Origin: the human T2T-CHM13v2.0 reference genome, Homo sapiens
Length of the DNA stretch: 64,000 nucleotides
NCBI RefSeq assembly: GCF_009914755.1
Contig: NC_060926.1
Reading direction: 5' to 3' (one strand)
Part shown: piece by piece, positions 46,385-59,545 of the stretch
How the letters are laid out: each line of letters opens with the position of its first letter
How positions within the stretch are numbered: the stretch's first letter is position 1
Notes under the pieces: generated by a model
Told to the model about the DNA's origin: nothing
Databases searched by the model: none
Seen by the model: only the letters and a program-made list of their open reading frames with translations
Position numbers and translations under genes: made by a program

Positions 46385-46515
46385 ACCCACTTCCGCCTGC
46401 CATGATGTTATTCCTGAGCAGATTCATCACGTCTGTCGCCGGGAAGTGTCACTTTCCTTCCCGAGTTGTCATCAACACTTAGCTATACTCCGCAACTCTG
46501 ATATTTCATTCCCGA
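46385..46515. promoter_or_regulatory. Candidate cis-regulatory element (CpG-retaining, ETS motifs)
   Basis: 7 CpGs in ~120 bp of apparently unique DNA; CACTTCCG at 46388 and GGGAAGTG at 46441. Confidence 0.3.
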
Positions 46516-48119
46516 CTCAAAATTATTTTCAGGTTTAGCCAACCACCAACAATTCTTTCATCATAAGTTTGACGCAATTGCACTTTTATGTCATAAAGTC
46601 AACCAATAATTTGTTGATTATCCTACATACCAATACTTTAACACGGTTTATCTGTAAAATACTTTCATTGAACAAAAATAAAAGTATCATAAAGATTTAA
46701 GCAAGTATAAAAAAGCAGTATAAATTATTTGTAATAGTCTAGCATTATCAACTTTATTGTTTATTTAAAAGGCTGACATAAACATTACGATCAGAGAAGA
46801 TCTTTCTATGTTCAAGTGGAATCTCATTTTTTTGGTGGGGGATATCAAACCTTAATTATGCTCTTATTTTTAAGAGCTTTTGGGGAAGAGATGATGCAAG
46901 CTTCCATAATAACCTTTTGCAGAAAGTAAGAACATAATAATAAATTATTCCTAGCTTTTAGTGTCTAATAAAGTTTTGTACAAACTATATATTTAAAAAT
47001 GTCTCTTGACTTTAACTGAATTTTCAAATTAAACTTAGCCAATAAAGTTTTATTAAGCCCTAACCTGTATTCATTCATGCATTTATTATTTACTTATTTA
47101 TTAAGCATTTACATGTCGTGAGAAATTCAGTTGGGCCTTAGGCATGTAGACATCAATAAGATGAAGGCCAAGTTCAGTTCTCTCAAATGAGCAAAAGGCA
47201 GAAAAGCAAATCAGCAATTGCAGTACAGACTGTCAAGTTCTCTGGTGCAAAAGTGGGTACTCTGGACTTCTCCCACCTTGGGGGTTCAACAGAGGTTTTT
47301 TGGAGAAATTGCGGAAAATCACGTTGGTGCCATGAAGTCTCAGGACTCCTAGATTCATAGTTAAATGGAACAAAGATAGAGACGCCTAACTATAATGAAA
47401 GTAAGTTGAGTACAGTGATACTAATAAAGGGAATTCAAAGCTATAATGTGGGCACAGGCACTGAATCTAATTCCACAGATTGGGTAGATTTCACAAAACA
47501 GCTGGCATTTCAGCCAAGGGGTAAGTAAAAATATTGTCTGTGGAACAGTGAAGAAATGACTTCATTCCTATAAAATCACTGGCAAAGGTACAGAGAACCC
47601 TAGTTGAAATTAGAAGGTTGAAGAAAGGTCAGTTCTCCAATAAGATTGGAAGATTATGTTGTGTGTGGAGCTGATCAGGATGCAGAAGCCATCCTACCCT
47701 CAGTTGCAAACAGGTCTTTCTATTTTAATGTATTCCAGCTCTGTGAGGCTTTCAGAGTGTGTGAAGAAGGGGTGATGGGAGCAGATTGATGGAGAGCTCA
47801 GTTTCCAACACCAAGTGGTCTTGGAGATTGAGGAAAAGGTCTCTTCCTTTTGGTTCATTTTTTCTTACTGTTTTTTATAAATGAGTTGGCCTCTGCTCCC
47901 TTGGCCTCCTTTCATGTCCGATTACCTGATGCTCACCCCATTGAAGCCACACCTTCTTCTCCCTTCCTCAGATTTGAAAAGAGCATCCTTCTCTCTCGGC
48001 CTTTGTCCTTGCTGTGCCCTCTACCCCATTTGTACTTCCCCCAGCACTTCAATTGTCCGACTCCTATTCAGCTTCAGTTCAAATGTTGTTTTTCCATGGA
48101 GACCTTGCTAAAGCAAAGC

Positions 48120-48358
48120 TTACCAATCTCCTCCTTCTGCTCCAACAGTACCTGAATTTTTATTCACCTGCCATGCAGCTTTACTCCTTCAGTACATTTT
48201 TCATTGTGTGAAATTACCTGATTTGTGTATTTGTTTATTTTCTGTCTTCCTGTCTATAATATAGACTCCCTCTGGGTGTGATTTTTTAGCCTTGTTCTCC
48301 ATTGTTCTCCATACCCAAAGTTCTCCTGGATAAACTTATGCTGAATGAATGAATGAAG
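48120..48358 (+). mobile_element. L2 3' end
   Basis: Ends in ctgaatgaatgaatga, preceded by 'tctgtcttcc...tagactcc'. Confidence 0.6.
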
Positions 48359-50111
48359 ATCACAGTCAGCTTTAATTATTTCAAACCATCTCCTCTCATT
48401 AACCAGAGAATCCAGGCTCACAGAGTCTCCCCTCCCCTACCAGATCCGAAGGAAATGAAAATAGGTGAATTGGCAAATGTTCCCACAAGGATTTTTTGTA
48501 ATGTTCTAAACATATCATTTTGAAACATACAGTCTAATAAAAAGGAACAGAGATGCCAATGTGATGCTTTTGTCCAAAGACAAAAGACAAAAGAGCTAAC
48601 TGAGGTTGAGCTTGGAAGGAGCCAGAAATGGGGTCTCTTGGGTAGGAGAAGTTCAGGAGTAAGAAACATGCTTTGACACTCTCCCCCTGCCAAGTAGTCA
48701 CTTATAGTAACTTACTTAGAGATGCCCATGGACTCTGTACATATCCCTTGATGAAAGACAGCTACCCCATGGAAAATCATCATTTATGGCTTATCACTGA
48801 CACCTCTGAGTGAATGCAGTTAGCAGAATTTCTGCTATAGGTGTTAATAAAGAAAACACAGCCATCTAAGAGGGGAATGGAAAGGGGCAGTGAGATCATA
48901 GCAGGCCTGTGAGGTCCCATTGGCCATTAAGGACCTGGGCCTATGGGATCAAGGAGGCCACACCATGAGGGAGGGTGACAGCAGGTAATTGATCACATCT
49001 GCCTTTTCCCCTTTATTCAGGGGTAGAAGGAAAGGTATGAAAAGTCATGCTTGAAGCCACACCCTTTTCAGTAGTTTATTTTGAGTAAAAGAAACTTTTT
49101 CAGTTGCTCCTTTATAACTAAGCCTCTTGAATAATTTTCATGTGAAAGCCTCACAGTCTCTGGCTAGGACTCTGATGGGGATAAGGTCATAAGGTTCAAG
49201 GAGCAGGCTGTGAAGAGAAAACCTGGGAGCTGAGGTTTTCTTCCGTGGGGGAAGTCAGCGAAGGAGTGGCCCAGCAGCTTACAAGCAAAGATTTGATGAT
49301 CATGAATTCAAAAGGAGATATCACTGGGACCAGAGATAGGGAAGGCTTAACTGTGTGTACCCCCATGAGGAACTGGAGCCTGAAGTCTATTAAAATGCTG
49401 GCAACATGCCATAGCCTGACCTAGGAATTTAATTTACATTACCTTATTTAAATTTCACAAAAATCCCATGGGGTGATTTTATTCTTCTCATTCTACATAT
49501 CTGGAGGACAGAGATCCGGTCATAATCTCAGTGTACCCTGGGAACACATTACAGGGTAAAGCATAGCAAACGCTCAGTGGATACAGATCAGAAGTGGACA
49601 AAGAAGGCTGGGGCCCCTGCTCTTCACATATCTCCTGGCAGATTCATTATTTCCATTACAGAAGATTTAGCCATTTAGGGAATTTTCCTGGGTGGTAGAC
49701 AGGGTCTGATTTGATAACAAGGAAGGGTGAATTTAAGAGGTTAGGTTATAACCAATATACTGTGTGAACTGAATTACTTTTCTAAGCTTTGGTTAGAAAG
49801 CAAACAGAAAACTTATTATGAGGCAAATAGAAAAACTTTCTATAGGAGGGCAGATGAGAACCTAAGGTAAAATTAAAGATTGGAAAGTGCTATGAAGTAG
49901 GTAACTCAGCAGTGGGTGTCCGGGAGTGAGTCTCAGGCACTCCTGAGAGGTGGACTTTTAGAAAGGGAGATGTTTGGCAGCCCTGAGAGGACTTGTTCTT
50001 CCCTTGCTTCGGGAGGTCCATGGACCTTTGGCACTTCTATTCCAGGGTTGCTATAAGGTGAAGTCAGTGCTGGAGGTGATGCTTCTGCAAAGGGCTTAGC
50101 CATTTACTGTA

Positions 50112-50991
50112 TGATATGTTTTGAATATGTGATCCCACCAAATTTCCTGTTGAAATGTAATCCTCCACACGTGTGTTTCTTGTAGCACTATTTACAATAC
50201 CAAAGACATGGAACCCACCCAAATGCCTGTCAATGATACACACTAGATAGAGAAAATGTAGTACATATACACCATGGAATACTATGCAGCCATAAAAAGG
50301 AATGAGATTGTGTCCTTTATAGGGACATGGATGAAGCTGGAAGCCATCATCCTCAGCATACTAACACAGGAACAGGAAAACAAACAGTACATGTTCTCAC
50401 TCATAAGTGGGAGTTGAACATTGAGAACACATGGAAACAGAGGGGGAAAATCATACACCAGGGCCTGTTGAGGGGGTGGGAGGTGAGGGGAGGGAACTTA
50501 GAGGACAACAGGTCAATAGGTGCAGCAAACCACCATGGCACACGTACACCTATGTAACAAACCTGCACGTTCTGCACATGTATCCGTGTTTTTTTTTTTT
50601 TTTGAAATAAAGAGCAAAAGAAGAAGAAATATAATCCTCAATGTTGGAGGTGGGCCTGGAGGGAGGTGTTTGGGTCCTAGGGACAGATCCCCTATGGTTT
50701 GGCGCTGTCCTCATGATAGTGAGTGAGTTCTTGCCATATCTGGTTGTTGTAAAGTGTGGCACCTCCTTCCCACTTTCTCTCTTGTCCCTGTTTCACCATG
50801 TGACATGCCTGCTCCCACTTTGCCTTCTGTCGTGAGTAAAAGCTCCCTGAGGCCCCCTCAGAAGCTAAGCAAATGCCAGCACCATGCTTCCTATACAGTC
50901 TGCAGAACCATGAGCCTATTAAATCTCCTTTCTTTATAAATTTCTTGGTCTCAGGTATTTCTTTACAGTGATCCAGGAACAGCCGAATACA
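50112..50991 (+). mobile_element. MST (MSTA/B) MaLR solo LTR split by an L1 3' end
   Basis: tgatatg...gttgaaatgtaatcc | aatgttggaggtgggcctgg...aataca; 5-bp TSD ctgta/ctgtt. Confidence 0.9.
50166..50625 (+). mobile_element. 5'-truncated L1PA (approximately PA8A-PA11) 3' end
   Basis: ggaatactatgcagccataaaaagg...gcaaaccaccatggcac; TSD gaaat(g/a)taatcctc at 50152-50165 and 50626-50639. Confidence 0.92.
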
Positions 50992-52881
50992 CTGTTCATC
51001 TCTGCTCCAGCTTCCAGGACAAATTTAGTGGCCTTGTAGCAGAAAACCCACTAAGAGGAACCCCTGCCTCGGTTTCTACAAGCTCCATGACTCAGGGCCA
51101 GCCACCTACATCTCTGAATACTTCATATAACTAAATGGCAGCTAACAGTATTTTCCTTACCAAGTGGATTAAATGTGTAAAGAGACAATGTCTACAAAGC
51201 CCCACGTGGTGTCTGGCATAGTGCTAGCTGCTGATGGATTCCCTGCATTCCCACAAAACCTGACTTCTTGAGTGGAATGATCTGGGAAGCCTTTCCAAAG
51301 CTTACTTCACCAGCAGGACTGAGATGCAGGGCATCCACATCCTTTCTTCTCTTACTACAATAGCACTGGTTGAAAGTAACAAATATTTTTAAAATCCTTT
51401 TCCTTCAGGTCTGACAGTGTAGCAGAGCCCTGATATGGTTCTGACCACTCTGAGAACAGTTTCCCCTCACTAATGATAAATCCTTAGGAGGACGATGTTT
51501 CAAATAGTAAAAACTTCACGTTGATTTGAAATGTCATAGTGGGGAATGAAAGAGGGTGGAAACACCAGAATGAAAGTAAATACTCATTCTGGAATATACA
51601 GAATCCAAACAAGAACAAATGGGCAGCACAGCAAAATCAAAGTTGCCTTTCCTACATGCCTTTTAAGCAGCAGGAAGATATAATTTCCAAGGTCCAACCT
51701 CGAGAAATGAAGCATGCCACAACAGACTCTGCTAGTGGACAGCCGTCCACACTATCCATCATCTTGTGCCGTTCATCCATACCTATCAAAGAGAATGACA
51801 TCTCATACAAAATAAGAATGATTAAGGTTGCAGGAATTTGTGCAATTTATTATTAGTGTCAAGCCATATTATTTTAGCCAGTGCTTGAGTAAAATTTGCT
51901 TACCACAGTTGTGTCTCTGAGCAAAGGGTTATAATTATCTAGTGTCTTTTCAAATATAAACTGCTCCTGAAAGAGTCAGACTGGCCATAGATCACTTCGA
52001 CCTTTATTGGAGGAAATGATTGCTCATGAAACACGTTGTTCTTTTCTTTCCTATAAAGACTACACTTAATTTTCTTCTATGTTTGAGTAAGATTTTTTAA
52101 AAAATCTATGTTTTTAAAAGAAATATATGCTTTGATTTTTTTAAAGTTTCAAACTCTAAAAAGCAAAGTTGCTTATATTATCTGGAGATGATGTTAGGAG
52201 ACTTCATCTTCCTTGTATTTGTGTTTACTTGGTGAGTGACTGGGAGCCTCAGGAAGCTCCTGGGCAAATGGCCCCAGCTGTGTGCATAGTGAAAAGCCAT
52301 TAGTACACGAGTAAAAGAAGGCAGGAGACAGGCATCCCTGCCAATAATAGGGCACTTGCAAAGAGGGGCTGATCTGAGGGAGAAGTCACCCAGAAGAAAG
52401 AAAGAGTTTGAGTTGAAAGAATGAGTTGAATTAAGAAACAGGACAGAGGTTTGGCCATAGTGGTTCTGGAAGAGAATCAAGGATTTTATTTATCCATCCA
52501 CACCACGTCATCGCAGTTACCCAGCTTATATAAGCACACTGGATGTAAAGCAATAGTTTTTCTTCAATTTGTAATGCATTGATTCTAAAGCACTCCTGTG
52601 ACGAAACACTTTTAACAGAGGGGTAAAAATTTATCTTTCCTTTGAAATAGTGAAAGTCATCCCCAGAGGGCCAAGGTAGCCTGGGCTTTCATCTGAGTGA
52701 GGAACAAAGAAGGAGGCCAGCAATGAAGAGTCACAGCTGGAGCCATGATTTGGGATGCTCAGGGTCACTGGGTCTACACAGCATGGTGGCCGGGGAAGGC
52801 GGTACCCCTCCCTCGCTCCTTTCTGGGCAGTCACCCCAGACACTTCAAGCCCAAATCAGCTAGTTGGTATTTATTCTCTTT

Positions 52882-53182
52882 TAGAGATGGGTAAACATTT
52901 TCTGTAAGGACCAGGTGGTAAGTATTTCAGGCTTTGCAGGCCATGTAATCTCAGTTGTAACTACCAAGCTCTTCATTTTAATGCAAAAGCAGCATAAACA
53001 AATGAGCCTAGATGTGCTCCAATGAAACTTAATAGACATTAAATTTTTGTGCCATGAAAAATTATTTTTCTTTTGATATTTTTGGACCATTTAAAAATGT
53101 AAAACCTATGCTTAGCTTGAGGACCATACAAAAACAGGTGGTGACCTGGATTTGGTCTACCCGCTGTAGTTTGCTGAGCCAG
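52882..53182 (+). mobile_element. MER58 (B-like) hAT DNA element
   Basis: 'aaacattttctgtaaggaccag...tcaggctttgcaggccat...catacaaaaacaggtggt...tagtttgctga'. Confidence 0.82.
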
Positions 53183-53991
53183 CTCTCTATATAACTCACA
53201 ATCTTGGCAGTGGACCACCCAAAATCAGCCACACTCATGACAGGAGAGGCCTCTCAATATCAATAGGCGACTCCTTCCTTCAATTTTCTCTTGGTGATTC
53301 CCCATCACACTTGTTGACCATGCTTCTTCAGTGGACTGTCACCTTTTGGAGAAAGGGGAGAGGATGATCTCATTCATATTTACACACTGTGCTTCTGGCA
53401 CATTGCACGTCTCTTAAATGTGTTTAAAATAAATGGTGGATGGGTAAATTTATGTTTCTCCCTTTCAGAGAGGTTTCTTCTTCTTGGTTTTTAAGAATGC
53501 CTTGCCACCAAGTCATGCCACCGCTGAAAAGACCCTTTGGGCTTGAATTTCTTCTTCAGTCATTACTTATATAACAGTCAAATGGAAGAAACCAAGACGT
53601 GGTGGCACAGCTGCTTTTCCAAGTGTTCATCCCAGACTCAGCCTTGGCCTTGCAAACTTTCCTCCTTCTATTTGCCAATGTAGGATGGTCACCTTTCCAG
53701 TTCTGTGGCTTGATGATGCATTTTTTCTTGCCTAAAGTGCACCCCCATCCCATTTTTCACTTCCTTCACACATCCCAGTTTAGTAATCCTGCCCCCTTTT
53801 CCTATAAGCTCTATAAATTCTTCAACTTCTGAGCCAACACTTGATGTCAGAATCTGGCAAAAGGCATATCACAAGATCCTCAAGGAATAGTTAAGTGAAT
53901 TCAAAAAGGGTTGTTTTTACATCTGTTTATATTATGAGCAGATAACAGCATTCTGCCAAAAATAAATACTCCATAAGAATTATTAAAGTTA

Positions 53992-54407
<416 letters not shown>

Positions 54408-56619
54408 TCAATAAGGTTTTCTTGAAGTAAAAAAAAAGGACAATTAATGAAGACATAAAAGAACAGATGAATGTAATTAACTAGAGACTTTTGATCTACA
54501 GGCAAAACTTTTCAGGAAAAGGCTCTCTTATTCTTCAAAAACTGCAAAATATTTTCTATTTTCTCCTCTGTTCTTGTCACACAAATTTGGAAGGCATTTG
54601 TTTAACATTACCACTTACAGAGGGAGAAAGGGCAACGGTCGCCAGGGTCTATTTTTCTGACTTTCACTTACATTCCATTATTTTTTTTTCCATTCTGTTT
54701 TCAGAGACTGTCTCAAGTCTCACTGGGATCCTTGAGCTGTGACCGTGCTTATTTGCCACCTGTGATTCCTGGCAGACCAGAGGAACTCTACTCACAGTGC
54801 ACTTTGCAAGGGCTCAGCTTCCACGAGCAGCCCCCAACCATAGGGATGTAAAGGTTTTGTTTCAATTCCCCTAAAATATTTTGCTTCAGCAGGAGCAATA
54901 CATTATGGAGGTTCACTTCAAACCAAAAGGTGTGACAGATTCCCTTCTATCCCTGAGAAAATAAAATATACCATGTCTAGAGAGATAAATAAACTCAAAG
55001 CTGTATTATAATTTAAAATTTGATTAGAAGAGTTTCTGTGGCCAGATCCAGAGAAAAAGAAACTGTACAGATTAACCAACAATTTGTATGACCTCATTCA
55101 TCCTTCTTTATTAGGCAATGACCATTTCTCCAGGGTCACTTGGCGTGGGATTGTTCCTGAAACCATTAACTTAACAACCACTGAACTCTTGCATGTCCAT
55201 TACTGTATTTCATCAAGATCCTCAGCAAAGATGGGCCTCAACCCTGGCTCATGAGGAAAAAAGGGGGAGGTAATTAAACTATGTCTTAAGGCATAACAAC
55301 CAGTATTTTAAGATGAGTTTCCAAAACCACTTTATCAACAGCATGTATGCTATACCAAGTGTTAATTTCCAAGTTTGCTTTGAAGAATAATGTCTGTTTA
55401 GCTTTATAAACAGATTGTATGAGATTACAAATCTGTGAATTATAGATCCACAATGCTCAGTAATATGTTGGATGAGCCTAAGGAGCAAGGCTTCATTGAC
55501 TGCAAAAGGCCAAGTGACAACAGAAATAAAGAAGGCAGCTCTCACCAGATTTTCATATGTAAGCTTCATACATTCAATTGAGCAATAAAAATATTCACAC
55601 TTACAACTTTCTACAATATGTGTATCTGTTACAAGCCTTTTGATTGGAATTAAGAGAATGCTAAATTAACAGAATTTTACATCCTGAGGCTGTTTATTGT
55701 TTAATTAACAAGAAATTTGAAGCTCAGTAGCCTCATGGTTGATTTAATAGCTCACGGAGGCCTTGTTTGGAACTGCTGAAATGTTATTGTTTCCTCAAGG
55801 TTAAAAGCCATGTATGACAGTGTGCCAGCAATAAGGAAGAAACAGGGTCACCATGTTTTCTTCACCAAAATTTGTGGCTTTTTAATCTGGAAAAGGAAGT
55901 ACCCACTAGACTTTCTCTTATCTTTCACTGGAAAGAACCTAGTCATATTCTCATCCTTGGACCCATTGCTGTCAGAGGAGAATTAAGCAGTTATTACTGA
56001 TTTTGACCAATGATAACTCATCCACTGAAGGGGAGAAAAGGAGCTACATTCCCTTATATTAAGGCTGCTTCCCTCGCTACACAATTGGGGTAATATTAAA
56101 AATGAAGAAAGTGAGAACTTGCTCTTTAGTCAATCAGAAGTGCCACAAATGAGAAATTAAATGCTTATCAAAGAGATAATGATTAAAGCGATGAAGATAT
56201 AGACATAGAATTATATATTATAAAATGATTTAAAAGTGTATACTTCTGGGCTTTCATATAAATTGAGAAAAGCAAGTTGTAAAAGAGAAACAAAAACAGT
56301 AGCAAATGTCCTAGATGTGTGTAATTTCATCTGTGCTTGGGGAAAGGTGAGAAGGCACACACTCAGACTTCACAGGGATAACTTCCTTGGTTGCTTCACG
56401 AGAGGAAGGAATGAGGGTCTATGCTTAAGTCTTTCTCCATGTACTTTTGAGTAGATTTATTACATACAATGACTGTATACTTACCTATCCCAATAAAGAA
56501 AGGAGCCACGAACAACAGAAAGGATAACATGTTAAAAATAGCTACAAATAATATGCTAACAGATTAACTGCTGAGCGTGAGGCCAAGGGTAGTTGGGGGG
56601 AGAAGGAAGAAACTGAAAT

Positions 56620-56835
56620 TGAGTGAGCACCTAGGATATGCAAAGAATCACCCTGGGAAACATGTAATCTCATTATCTCATTATTCCTATGACTATTCTA
56701 GAAGGCAAATGCAACTATGATTCAATTTTTATTAGTGAGAAAACTGTCTCAGAGAAGTAAAGAAACCGGTCCATGCTCAGAAGGTAACTCTCTGGCAAAT
56801 CTGAGATTTAAACTCTGAATTGGAGTCTGTCTGGC
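56620..56835 (-). mobile_element. MIR fragment
   Basis: 'tgagcacct...attatctcatt...tgagaaaactgtctcagagaagtaaag'. Confidence 0.6.
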
Positions 56836-57532
56836 TGCAAGTCCTTCAAAGAGACCATGGCTGGTGACTCAGGAATTAGAAGTAAAAGATCACTTTTAGC
56901 CTGGAGGGTCAGGGATAGTGCCATGCAAGAGTGGTGGGATTTACTGTAGGTCTCCATAGAAGGCAGAAAGGTAGGAATGTGTCACACAAGTGTGTGAGAG
57001 ATGAGTTTGAAATGGTCAGGTTACATCATTTGAGGAGTACTTGAGAAAGAAATATGGCAGAAATATAACCTAAAAGTAACTACTAAAGGAAGATGCTAGA
57101 ATCTTTCCTGTTTCATGTACTTTAACTTAGTTTGAATTAGTTTTTTGGGGAGGGAAAGGCTTTCATTAGTCAATGCATTGAAAATCAATGCTCACAAACC
57201 GTCTCCCACCTTTTAACACTTTTTATTAAATAATATATTTGATGAATGTAATTTACAAAATATGAAATGGCAAAAAGTATAACAATAAAAGTTATCAGAG
57301 ATTTCCAGCCTTATACACTGATCTGATGTATATCTTTTCAGGATCTTTCCCTCCACCCCATGAATTTATTAAAAGCATGAGATCAGTCTTAATATACTAT
57401 GTCATAAGCTATACCCTTTTCCTTAAAATATGGTGAACATTTTTTCTATGCCATTCAATATCATTTTATACAACAGCATAATTTTAATATATATACTCTG
57501 TATTCCAGAAAATACCTTAATTTACAATAATT

Positions 57533-57593
57533 AATCCTTATTGTTTCATTCATATGTTTCATATGAATCCTTATTGTTTCATTCATATGTTTC
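57533..57593. repeat. 28-bp exact duplication with a 5-nt spacer
   Basis: aatccttattgtttcattcatatgtttc at 57533-57560 and 57566-57593. Confidence 0.93.
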
Positions 57594-58023
57594 TTCCCAA
57601 TTTTCATTTTTTTCAAATAAAACAATGCAGGTGTAATAATCTGAAAAAAAGAACAGGATAAAAAATTATTTCAACGATTTCTGAAGAAGTATATTTAACT
57701 ACTAAAAATGTTTTTATAGTATGAAAAATTTCCCTTGAGGCATCAAAATTAGAAGTAAATGAAAAATAGTAAATAGCAATGGTGAAAAATTACTGATTTA
57801 TCCTGTCAAGGTGATGTCAGCTCAACTGGCTTGCTTTTCTCAGAATCTATCTCAGTCAATCTATTAAATTTTAACATGATAATGTATACATTATATATAC
57901 CCACTCCTTCAGAATTTGTGTGTTCCAGGGCAAATCTGCAGGGAGTTTAGAAGACAATGTGCTATTTTTCAAGAACATTTATTCTTAAATAAGGTTAGCA
58001 TAGATGGAATAAAAAGAAAAATA

Positions 58024-58403
58024 ATACAGCCATAAAAAAGAATGAGTTCATGTCCTTGTCAGGGACATGGATGAAGCTGGAAACAATCAGCTCAGCAAAC
58101 TAACACAGGAACAGAAAAATAAATACCGCATGTTCTCACTCGTAAGTGCGAGCTGAACAATGAGAACACATGGACACAGGGAGGGGAACATCACACACCA
58201 GGGCCTGTCAGGGGGTGGGGAACTAGAGTAGGGAGAGCAGTAGGACAAATACCTAATGCATGCGGGGCTTAAAACCTAGATGATGGGTTGATGGGTGCAA
58301 CAAACCACCATGGCACATGTATACCTATGTAACAAACCTGCACATTCAGCACATGTATCCCAGAACTTAAAGTAAAATAACATAAAATTAAATTAAATTA
58401 ATA
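58024..58403 (+). mobile_element. 5'-truncated L1PA7/8-like 3' end
   Basis: cagccataaaaaagaatgag...ggggcttaaaacctagatgatgggttgatgggtgc...cccagaacttaaagtaaaat. Confidence 0.92.
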
Positions 58404-58937
58404 AAAGCCCCCAAAGACTCCCCCAAAAAGAGCAATAATAACAATAAGATGATAAAAATGTTTAAAAGTGTGTTAAATCCCCCATGATAAATTATTAATT
58501 AAAAATAATGAGGCATTTTTATTTCCACCATACAGACGGAAAAATTGAAATTCTCATAATCTCAGTAATTTAACCACTGTGGCAGAATCTGCGTATCAGT
58601 TAGTGATGCCTCCAGGATTCCCATCAGAGCTTCAATACTAATGTCACAGCTTTAGCACTTTCTACTCACAATTGTTCCACTTAAAAAAAACATGTTTTAA
58701 AACTTCAAGAATGGTGGTACCTGTGTCTGTGTCTGTGTATATACACCTAGGGGGAGATGATGCCTAGTAGGAAGAAAAGCCTTGAGAGCTGAATCTGGTG
58801 CCTCAGTGGGGCAATGGCAAGGATATTCTTAATAGGGTTCTATCCCAGGGAATACCCATGCATCTCAGTACATGTATCTCCTTCCTTATTAAATGGTTAA
58901 AGAATAATACGTTATTGAAAAGTTTTATCAGTCAGAG

Positions 58938-59545
58938 CCCCCATCTCCCAGCTGCTGTGGCTGTTGTCTGGTAACAATTCACAGCTGTTGCTATAGCACC
59001 ACCCTTCCCTACCATGGGGGTAGACCTCAGTCAGAGACTAGCCATGGAGAGCAAAAATTAGGCCCCGTTTTCTCAGAATGGAATAGTCCTGGTGCAATTT
59101 GCATTCTAGGGCTCCCCGTAACCAGCTTTGTCTGTGTAATCAGCTCCCATATCCACAGTTACCTAAAGTCAACAATATGCAATAGTTGTGTCTAGATTAA
59201 AGTCTGGGCCATGCAAACATAAAAATCACATAGAGAGTGGCATTATAGGCTTATCTCCTCATTCTTGTGTTCACTCACCCACTCCACTTACCCATTCATT
59301 CATTTTCTCAATTATTAGTTTATTTCAACTATTTCCCAAGTGTTGTTTTCTTTGTTTGTTCATTTATTTTAAAGTACAAGTACTCAATGTGTTATGTCCT
59401 GAGAACACAAAAAGAAATAATATAACTACTTAGCCTCAGCCAGTGACTAAACCTGGGGTGCAAAATTAGGTCCCCTTTTCTCAAGATGGGGCATTTCTGG
59501 TGCAATTTGTATTCTAGAGATTCCTTATGCCTGGCTACATCTGAG
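58938..59545 (+). mobile_element. LTR16-like (ERVL) fragments; one ~90-bp segment occurs twice
   Basis: 'catctcccagctgctg...cctcagtcagagact...tggtgcaatttgcattctagggctcccc'; second copy at 59434-59526. Confidence 0.55.

Noticed and set aside
45984-46430. Longest ORF in unique DNA (148 aa, minus strand)
   Set aside because: No recognisable domain or splice context; length is compatible with chance in 64 kb
46366-46504. Possible C/D box snoRNA (GTGATGA at 46369, CTGA at 46414 and 46498)
   Set aside because: Terminal stem only ~3 bp, box spacing atypical, no recognisable rRNA guide; an Rfam/snoscan search would settle it
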